This document shows positions 9,001-15,215 of a stretch of 17,952 bases of DNA, in pieces. Position numbers and translations under genes: made by a program. This stretch comes from an uncultured bacterium (lineage in GTDB: Bacteria > CSSED10-310 > CAZUFC01): NCBI GenBank assembly GCA_964619725.1, contig CAZUFC010000152.1, positions 1 to 17,952 on the forward strand, written 5' to 3'. Under the pieces are notes generated by a model, which was not told the DNA's origin, did no database searches, and was given only the letters and a program-made list of their open reading frames with translations. Numbering within the stretch: the first letter of the stretch is position 1; each line of letters opens with the position of its first letter.

Positions 9001-11212
9001 TCGCGCCGCCTATCACAACATCAGTCATCGAGTCGCCATCCAGATCGGCGCTGCAGATCGAATCAGCCGTTTTGGTCAGAATTGGAAATGAATTTTTAGT
9101 CCAGGTTTCGCCGATTCGATCGACGTTTTCCCAATATGCAGCGCTATCCTCCGTTCCGCCGCTCGCCCCCAGCAGATCAACGTCCCCATCCGAATCCATA
9201 TCAACGGCGAAAACTTCTTTGGGAGCGGAGAAAGCCGTATCCACTTCCCTCTTTGTCCACACCATACCCGTACCGGCGCTGTTTTCCCACCAGGAAACTT
9301 CGGTTGAGCCCATAACAGTTGCAACGACGTCGATGCTTCCGTTCATGTCCATGTCTTCAAGCAGCAGATCGTACGCGTTAATGGTCCCGCTTGCAATAAC
9401 GTGTTTGCTCCACATTTGAGCGGCGCCGATGTTTTCCCACCAGACAATCTCATCCGCCTCATAACCCGTAGCGACGACATCTATATCGCCGTCATCATCA
9501 ATGTCCCCCGCTCTTACGCTATATGGACCATCGAAGTTAAGATCGATGCTATTCATCGACCAGACGCCTCCCTCGCCGTCGTTGTTCTCCCACCAGACGA
9601 CATCGTCGTTCATAATTGAAGCGGCCAAAATGTCGAAGTCGCCGTCCTGATCCAAGTCAACGGCCCTGCAGTCAACCGGCGACGGGAAACTGACCGTCAC
9701 ATCTCTTCTATTCCATAAAGCGCCGTTTGAATCAGCATTCTCCCACCAGACTATTTCGCCGGCGGTCGGACTGCAGCTCAAGACGTCCTCGTCGCCGTCA
9801 CGGTCTATATCAGCCGTATGGACCGCAAGAGGATTATCGAAACCGGATTCTATCTCATGATCCGTCCAGACCGAACCGTCGCCGGACACATTTTCATACC
9901 ATAACACAAGGTCCTCACCTTGAACCGCTGCAACGATATCGAAATCGCCATCCCCATCAATGTCGGTTACCGTCGTGATATACGCGGAATCGGAATCGTC
10001 CGTAATGAAATTAGCCCCTTCCATTACCGCATTCCTGTGCAGCGTCTTATTTTCCCACCACATGACGTCATCGCGCCCCAACGAACAACCCACTACGTCA
10101 ATATCCCCGTCTCGGTCCAGGTCAGCGGCATCAACATGCGTTCCGGTTGAGCCGCCTATATTCTCAATACAATGATAGCCCCACGACGTGCCGTCACCGT
10201 TTAAATTCTCCAGATAGAGGAAATCGTTGGAATACAAATTGTTTTCTGAAATCAGAATATCCAGGTCGCTGTCGCCGTCAAGGTCTGTCGTGCAAACTGC
10301 CTTGGGTATATAAACTGAACTGTCGACTACGATCCTGTGTTGCCACGAATCCCCCTGACCGTCCAGATTCTCCCACCAGGATACGTCGCCGATGTTCTGC
10401 TCCTGAGCCGCAACAATATCCTGATCTCCGTCGCCGTCCATATCGCCCGTCGTTACCCTGCAATGCGCTTTAGCGCTGTCTATGTCGTTCTCCGTCCAGG
10501 ACGCTCCGAAACCGTCGACGTTCTCCAGCCATGTCAGTCCGGAACCGCTATCCGAAAGTACAATGTCCGAATCGCCGTCGTTATCCATATCGCAGACCCA
10601 GACTCCAGAACTGGAATCTATTACGCTGATAGGATGAGCTGTCCAGAACGACCAGGCGTTGCCCGGATTCTCATACCAGGAAATCCCGTTGCTCCAACCG
10701 CATACAGCATCCAGAAGTCCGTCTCGATTTATGTCTCCATAATGCATGTCCTGGCCGTATCCCGCATTGCCTATCTGAGTCCCATCCCAGACGGTTCCTA
10801 TACCGTTTTCGTTTTCATATCCACGAACTTGAACGCTTTCCAATACGCCGAAAAGATCGACGTCACCGTCAGGTTCCAGATCAGCCCCATAAATATACAC
10901 AGGATTCTCCGAAACGGCATCGACCGTTACCTTCGGCCAGGTCGTCGAAGGCAGAAGATTCCGCCACCAGGACACTTGATCATGGCTGAATCCCGCTCCT
11001 ATTACATCCTTCCTGCCGTCTCCGTCAACATCCGCTACAGACACGAACCAGGAAGCTCCTGCATTAAGATCGATATCTCTTCTAACCAGCGGAACTTCGG
11101 ACGATAAAACCGCCTGAATCAATCCCATTGACCCCGCAATCAATAACGTTAAGCCTATCGCCGACGTCCTGAATAACCATGCCAATCCTTGAAAAAATGA
11201 TGATGATTTCAA
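6014..11212 (-). CDS. 1732 aa surface protein: 14 FG-GAP/VCBS-type repeats, right-handed beta-helix with GG(G/A)-type repeats, choice-of-anchor-Q-like segment, P/T linker, C-terminal TM sorting signal
   Basis: 14 DxDxDGDxD-type motifs, most followed by W(W/Y/L)EN; repeated N-x(3-5)-GGG(I/V/L); DYHLQSGSGCIDAG...DIDGETRP...DIGSDE; ends IPSSDIHG-hydrophobic stretch-KRWR. TTG start with SD GAGGGG. Confidence 0.93.
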   Translation of the reverse strand: MKSSSFFQGLAWLFRTSAIGLTLLIAGSMGLIQAVLSSEVPLVRRDIDLNAGASWFVSVADVDGDGRKDVIGAGFSHDQVSWWRNLLPSTTWPKVTVDAVSENPVYIYGADLEPDGDVDLFGVLESVQVRGYENENGIGTVWDGTQIGNAGYGQDMHYGDINRDGLLDAVCGWSNGISWYENPGNAWSFWTAHPISVIDSSSGVWVCDMDNDGDSDIVLSDSGSGLTWLENVDGFGASWTENDIDSAKAHCRVTTGDMDGDGDQDIVAAQEQNIGDVSWWENLDGQGDSWQHRIVVDSSVYIPKAVCTTDLDGDSDLDILISENNLYSNDFLYLENLNGDGTSWGYHCIENIGGSTGTHVDAADLDRDGDIDVVGCSLGRDDVMWWENKTLHRNAVMEGANFITDDSDSAYITTVTDIDGDGDFDIVAAVQGEDLVLWYENVSGDGSVWTDHEIESGFDNPLAVHTADIDRDGDEDVLSCSPTAGEIVWWENADSNGALWNRRDVTVSFPSPVDCRAVDLDQDGDFDILAASIMNDDVVWWENNDGEGGVWSMNSIDLNFDGPYSVRAGDIDDDGDIDVVATGYEADEIVWWENIGAAQMWSKHVIASGTINAYDLLLEDMDMNGSIDVVATVMGSTEVSWWENSAGTGMVWTKREVDTAFSAPKEVFAVDMDSDGDVDLLGASGGTEDSAAYWENVDRIGETWTKNSFPILTKTADSICSADLDGDSMTDVVIGGATYPALAWWKNVGGQYGADAEDVSCSSLLEETVSALLRITVSHNGRSGDAPIEIDRLSFLFEESAGDPLSEIEAENLFQKLYICRDEGSGDFETGLDLEVMAVEEFPLVNGEIELELSGYESAQIEATNAAVFYAVIHISANASAYSPSQFRMSYLSSRMVVKDVDYGLELKAESGSDCSTQIISITECLQQDYTIRADGSGDYPTIQEALNFACTGQTIFLEDGTYTGLGNISLNFLGKAVTVESISGDPESCVIDCENQHRGAVFISGESTDSELRGVTILNGFTGGSGGGILFDAGSSPAVTDVIIKQCASTGSGGGISCESGSSPVLNNCNLLNNSAEEKGGGLFCTGGSSPVIDGGTIGLNVADQSGGGVCCEEGSSPVFSDGAISSNSSGDKGGGLYSIDSSPALSTYFLGENHAAADGGGIYCENIGMTIDNCTLYMNSTESHGGGFAVQNSNLTVTQTHFLQNAAVGNGGAVTFNYSTAGCLMTECTIEDNQASNGGGVYAYGSQFEMDACSVLGNVQRGIYCYDSDAELTDCLLNDNYASSAGGALCADYSCNCTLTGCTISGNSSGGEGGGMYLKSSPSVIHNATITSNTAASSGGGIACRHDALNISMSDIQDNSSNQSGGGVFFFGGAGDKNIVDSTISGNFAAWHGGGLFVDSWNSEILRCTISSNTAELDGGGAYFSFACVRYKDSTISGNTALKGGGVRIYNGYGPPSFERCNIRENQSIGGDGGAVSIFNSSPKIVNCTITGNQSSEDGGAIECSSSSPEIINCTFVQNQCAALGGAVYAGDSSPVLVNAILWNNSSGTGENEIDPGSGNPTADYCNFSQASCPTGTACTSCLFNEPPNFIGGDPFDYHLQSGSGCIDAGTDDVATYPNLPDDDIDGETRPQEDSYDIGSDEYMPDATATPFNTPMPTIADTPASTPSQTPVPTNPPTAEPSLTPVPSTTPTATQTTVHAIPSSDIHGLVFLIIFLGLLLMFNKRWRMQQ

Positions 11213-11345
11213 TTTTTGTCCCCTCTTTTCACATTTTGGTCTGTTTAAAAAAAAATGATATCGACTTCACATCTCCTGATATTGACTGATAATAAATTGT
11301 GAAATGTTTGACGAAAACATAACATTCGATCAAAAAATTTCAAGT

Positions 11346-11503
11346 AAAACAAAGTCCCCACGCTCGCAGGTCCGTCGATTTAATCGAAAATGAAAGCTCT
11401 TCAGAAACATCAGGCATCATCTCCAATAATCTTTTCTTATTCCCATGGTTCGCATCGAATTTCGATTAAATCAACGCTCTTCTACAGGATTCGGGAACAG
11501 CTC
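11346..11503 (-). ncRNA. Putative structured ncRNA or 5' leader, module B copy 2 (ends approximate)
   Basis: 17-bp inverted repeat 11373-11389 / 11460-11476 (one U-G pair); outer pairings TGTAG/CTGCG and GTTCCC/GGGGAC; followed by TTTGTTTT. Confidence 0.5.
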
Positions 11504-11509
11504 AAAACG

Positions 11510-11592
11510 GCACAATGATAATGCCGAGTTGCAATGCAAGAAAATCATATTTCTTCAATAGCTTGTGACCTCCCTGTCAAGAGTTCTGAACT
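11510..11592 (-). promoter_or_regulatory. Module B copy 2: palindrome + IHF-like site + sigma54-type promoter
   Basis: AGTTCTGAACT (11582-11592); CTTCAA-TAGC-TTG (11553-11565); minus strand TCGGCATTATCATTGT (GG-N10-GT). Confidence 0.55.
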
Positions 11593-11977
11593 TTAACCCT
11601 CCGTCACGCCGGCAATTGATTGGAAAATCAATTACCGATACGATGCAGATTAATGATTCTGAAGCATACTGTCAAATTCGCATAGCATTCCCACACATTA
11701 ACCCACGTAGAAATCTAACCTCGTAAAAACTTGAAAAGGCAGGAAATAAGGTCCTGGTGAATGAAAGTTCGCTGCACGGAAAAAGAAGAAGCATAATAGC
11801 AGCGCAATGTTAAGAAACTCCGTAGGCAGCAGCGCTTGAAGGTGAAGGGATATGGACGTTCGTATCAGGTTTTGAATGAGAAATCCGGGTTTACAACCCC
11901 AACTGGCTCGCAGAAGGATCAGAACAGGCGCCAACTAACAACCAAAGGTTTTCAAGCTTTACTGGCAGCCATATCGA

Positions 11978-12397
11978 TCAGTAATGCCTTTTTTCAGTTA
12001 TCGCTTCCTTCTTATAATTCCAAATAATCCGCTGCAACTTCTCAGTAGGCTCCGGACTGAACAACTCTTCCCCACACTGCTCGCAAACCTCTGCCGGAAC
12101 ATTCTCCACAACGATCAGGCCGCCATTGTAATCTTGAGTATAATTAGTTTTTGTCCATAAACGGCGAATTTTCCCCAATACTGCGTCAGGCTGCGGATTA
12201 CTCAGTCAACGTATATGCATTACCCCTGCCTCGCAAATCCTTGTCTTAATTGCTTTAAGTTAAATTCGCACGTTTGTGGATCAAAAACCCAAGTGGCTGT
12301 CCAGCATTAAATTTTGAATCGAGATTCGAGTTTATGGACAGGCACTAATTAATAAATTTTTTCGTGACCGTGCCGCCTCAGATCGAACATGTTTCAA
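11978..12397 (-). pseudogene. YgiT-type (MqsA N-terminal-like) zinc-finger gene interrupted by a MITE
   Basis: Removing 12147-12345 plus one TAATTA gives in-frame C-S-I-[TGA]-GGTVTKKFINYTQDYNGGLIVVENVPAEVCEQCGEELFSPE. The first CxxC carries TGA and the start is frameshifted. Confidence 0.88.
12147..12345 (+). mobile_element. MITE family A, full copy (199 bp)
   Basis: About 90% identical by eye to 5705-5903. Flanking direct repeat TAATTA at 12141-12146 and 12346-12351. Confidence 0.93.
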
Positions 12398-12479
12398 TTT
12401 CACATCTCCTGACATTCGCTAATAAAAAATTGTGAAATGTTTGACGAAAAAAACTATAGACGTTCGAAAAAATTCTTGT

Positions 12480-12634
12480 AAAACAAAGTCCCCCCGCCTG
12501 CGGGTCCGTTGATTAATCGAATATGGTACCTGTTTCATACCATACGAAGCATTATCATAAATCATCATTAACGTCATAGCTCATGTTTGAATTTCGATTA
12601 ATCGACGCTCCTCCACCGGATATAGGGGGGGCTA
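12480..12634 (-). ncRNA. Putative structured ncRNA or 5' leader, module B copy 3 (ends approximate)
   Basis: Arms 12507-12521 / 12593-12607; outer stems CCGGTGG/CCGCAGG and CCCCCC/GGGGGG; followed by CTTTGTTTT. Confidence 0.5.
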
Positions 12635-12640
12635 AAAACT

Positions 12641-12723
12641 GCGCAATTATTATACCGAGACACAGTGTAAAAAAATCAATTGATTTCAATATGTTAGCTC
12701 CTCCTTATCAGGAGTTCTGAACT
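12641..12723 (-). promoter_or_regulatory. Module B copy 3: palindrome + IHF-like site + sigma54-type promoter
   Basis: AGTTCTGAACT (12713-12723); TTTCAA-TATG-TTA (12684-12696); minus strand TCGGTATAATAATTGC with canonical GG-N10-GC (12656-12643). Confidence 0.62.
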
Positions 12724-13121
12724 TGGATCATATTTGTCGTGCGGATAATATTCGACTAGTTTTGCGTTCAATACTGCTTCCTCAATCTCTCGTTCTCTGA
12801 TTTTTCTTTTAATCATTTGTTCAACTGCATGCCGTGTATTTCTATGTTCCAATTTTCTAAAGCATCTTTGGTTTTCTTAACATCTTTTATTTCCACATGG
12901 TAATTCCTCTTCCGGCATCTACGCAGTGGGAAATCGCTACGGCGCTCCGTATTAGAAACTGATTGCCGACTCCTTATGCCTTGCCGTGGAAAAAAATTTG
13001 CCCTGAGCATGCTTACCGGAAGAACACAAATATCATGCAATTTAGAATTGTAATTTCTGATTCGTATGATATTGTATGAAATGGGCGTGTAAGAAGAACG
13101 TAAGCCCATAAGGAGATCATT

Positions 13122-14291
13122 ATGATAGCCAGAACGCTTGAAGGCAGGCTCAAATATCTCAGCGGCAAATTTCCGGCTATATCAGTTATCGGACCCAGGC
13201 AATCCGGGAAAACCACGCTGGTACGCTCTGCTTTTTCCGATTATGATTATTTCAACATGGAGAATCTTAACGACAGGACCGCTATGGAGCAGGACCCTCT
13301 GCGTATTCTTCGAAGCCATGTGCAGAGCGGTATTATAATTGATGAGGTTCAGAAGGTTCCGGAGTTGTTTTCATTTTTGCAGGTAGTCTGCGATGAGTCT
13401 GTGAAGATGGGCAAATTCATTTTGACGGGTTCACAGAATTTCCTGCTTTTGGAGAAGATCAGTCAAAGTCTGGCAGGTAGAGTCGCTATATGCAATTTAC
13501 TGCCTTTCGACGTCGCGGAGCTGAAAGGGGCCGGTCTGCAAAGCGAATACATTGATGACAAGCTTTTTCACGGGAGTTATCCGGCTCTTTTTGACCGCGG
13601 GATTCCTCCGCTGGATTATTATCCTTCATATATCCAGACCTATGTCGAAAGAGACGTCCGGGATATTATGAATATCGGGAATCTCAGCCTTTTTCAGAGG
13701 TTTCTAAAAACATGCGCCGGCAGAACGGGACAATTGCTGAATTTATCGAGCCTGGGGAATGATCTGGGCATCACTTACAAGACGGTGCGTTCCTGGATAT
13801 CCATCCTGGAAGCCGGTTTCATTCTTTTTTTACTGCCTCCTTATCACCGGAATTACAACAAAAGACTGGTCAAGAGTCCCAAGATATATTTCTATGACAC
13901 GGGGCTTTTGTGTACACTGCTCGATATTCGCAGCCCTCAACAACTTTTCAGTCATTATTTAAGAGGCGGCATCTTCGAATCCTACGTCATATCGGAATAT
14001 AAGAAGCTCCGTCATCACCGCGGGATTCCTCCTGCAGCCTATTTCTGGCGGGATAATGCGGGGCATGAGGTTGATCTTATTCTAGAGGCCGGCAACGGAT
14101 TGCTGGCTGTTGAGATAAAATCCGGTGAGACCTTAAACAGTGAAATGTTTAATGGTTTACGGTATTTCAGAAAAGTGTCTGGATTGTTCGAAGATCGCTG
14201 TTTTTTAATATACGGGGGCGACAGGAATTATTCTCGAAAACATGGGCGCGTATTGGGGCACGGCAGTATCGAAGAATTATTGATTGTATGA
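13122..14291 (+). CDS. AAA+ ATPase of the AAA_14 + DUF4143 type, 389 aa
   Basis: Walker A GPRQSGKT, Walker B IIIDEVQ, ILTGS, SLAGR, KSPKIYFYDTGL, C-terminal EVDL...AVEIKSG. SD AAGGAG. Confidence 0.93.
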   Translation: MIARTLEGRLKYLSGKFPAISVIGPRQSGKTTLVRSAFSDYDYFNMENLNDRTAMEQDPLRILRSHVQSGIIIDEVQKVPELFSFLQVVCDESVKMGKFILTGSQNFLLLEKISQSLAGRVAICNLLPFDVAELKGAGLQSEYIDDKLFHGSYPALFDRGIPPLDYYPSYIQTYVERDVRDIMNIGNLSLFQRFLKTCAGRTGQLLNLSSLGNDLGITYKTVRSWISILEAGFILFLLPPYHRNYNKRLVKSPKIYFYDTGLLCTLLDIRSPQQLFSHYLRGGIFESYVISEYKKLRHHRGIPPAAYFWRDNAGHEVDLILEAGNGLLAVEIKSGETLNSEMFNGLRYFRKVSGLFEDRCFLIYGGDRNYSRKHGRVLGHGSIEELLIV

Positions 14292-14327
14292 ATTCGGGAA
14301 TCATGTGTTCAGGATAACGGAATTGGA

Positions 14328-14528
14328 TTTGTAACCTCTATGATGTACGGGGCCGGATTAAGATTGATGGAATCCCTGAGACATTCTTTCGCGACGCATC
14401 TCCTGGAAAAAGGTTACGATATAAGAATCGTCCAGGAACTCCTCGGACATAAAGATGTGAAAACCGCCATGATCTATACCCATGTCCTCAACCGAGGCGG
14501 ACAGAATCGGCGTGTTTACGCGCGTTAA
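14328..14528 (+). pseudogene. intI: Integron integrase remnant (N-terminus missing, large internal deletion)
   Basis: Box [12 protein letters not shown] is fused directly to box [44 protein letters not shown]. YDIRxVQELLGH and YTHVLNRGG are IntI-typical. Confidence 0.88.
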
Positions 14529-14535
14529 ACGGTTT

Positions 14536-14555
14536 CCGTATAATCATAGTTCGGC
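14536..14555 (+). other. attI-like recombination site
   Basis: CCGTATAA-TCATA-GTTCGGC has L box / 5-nt spacer / R box geometry (GTTRRRY with one mismatch). It lies between intI and an ORF starting 6 nt later. Confidence 0.45.
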
Positions 14556-14561
14556 GAAAAG

Positions 14562-14930
14562 GTGACAGATGACGTTAGGGTGGCTGAGTTTATGGAAGAC
14601 ATGCAGACAATCACTCTTCATTTCAGTGGTCCGCTGACGTTCATGCCGGGGGACCGTTCGATATTCCACTATGCGCACCGGGATGCCCCATGCGTATACC
14701 TTTGGACGATCAGGTCTGATCTCGATGGCGATTACTACATCCACTATGTCGGTAAGGCTCTATCCTTCGCCAAGCGCCGGCGGGAGCACTTGGTTCAAAT
14801 CTTGGAGCTGAACTACGGAATCTTTTATCCGGTTGCCTGTAGGCAAGGTATGGATAAGCGCGTGTGGTCAGGCCTGTGGAGAGACAAGTCACAGGATGGT
14901 CCCGGCCTTTGGGAGCCACTTGACCCTTGA
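14562..14930 (+). CDS. GIY-YIG-like protein, possibly a truncated integron cassette
   Basis: PCVYLWT...YYIHYVGKA...FAKRRREH matches the GIY...YIG...R pattern. Confidence 0.55.
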   Translation: MTDDVRVAEFMEDMQTITLHFSGPLTFMPGDRSIFHYAHRDAPCVYLWTIRSDLDGDYYIHYVGKALSFAKRRREHLVQILELNYGIFYPVACRQGMDKRVWSGLWRDKSQDGPGLWEPLDP

Positions 14931-14960
14931 CCGAAGAAAAAGCTTATGTTATTGCTTCAG

Positions 14961-15011
14961 GTGGGGAATCTTATTGGCCTAAAAGTGGGGAAAAATTATT
15001 GTCCGATAACG
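14961..15011 (+). mobile_element. IS21-family-like terminal remnant
   Basis: Two direct repeats 24 nt apart (GTGGGGAATCTTATTGGCC / GTGGGGAAAAATTATTGTCC) resembling IS21 subterminal repeats. The terminal CA is degenerate and istA/istB are absent. Confidence 0.5.
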
Positions 15012-15215
15012 ACTAAATTGTCTTTTCTGATTCCTTGATTCATTTTATAATTCAAACTCCTTGTTCGATGGCTGGTTGCATACACCAGTGAAACGTATCG
15101 GTGATTCCAAATCTAAGCTAATCCTATGCTTCTGCATTCGATACGTAATCAAAAAGCCTTCCCGAGCCGTTGCATTTAACCTGTTTACAGACAATAAAAT
15201 GTATTTTTTATCCCA

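Larger units (their letters stand above)
11266..11593 (-). repeat. Module B copy 2, full extent; diverged direct repeat of 12399-12724
   Basis: Shared blocks TTCACATCTCCTGA, AAATTGTGAAATGTTTGACGAAAA, GTAAAACAAAGTCCCC, the two hairpin arms and GAGTTCTGAACTT, in the same order and similar spacing. Confidence 0.9.
12399..12724 (-). repeat. Module B copy 3, full extent
   Basis: Aligns along its length with 11266-11593; its right part aligns with the reverse complement of 1019-1250. Confidence 0.9.

Noticed and set aside
2954-11107. Many + strand and off-frame ORFs inside the two large genes (e.g. 2954-3382, 7917-8327, 10337-11107)
   Set aside because: Shadow ORFs of repetitive coding sequence with no recognisable motifs.
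1019-12724. CRISPR array or retron msr-msd
   Set aside because: Repeats are dispersed rather than regularly spaced, and there is no cas or reverse transcriptase gene in the window.
11698-13216. ORFs 11698-11934, 11836-12027, 12813-13109 and 13013-13216
   Set aside because: No recognisable domains; possibly decayed fragments, but unsupported.
14898-14930. GPGLWEPLDP as the displaced IntI C-terminus (GVRSPLD)
   Set aside because: Similarity is too short to support.
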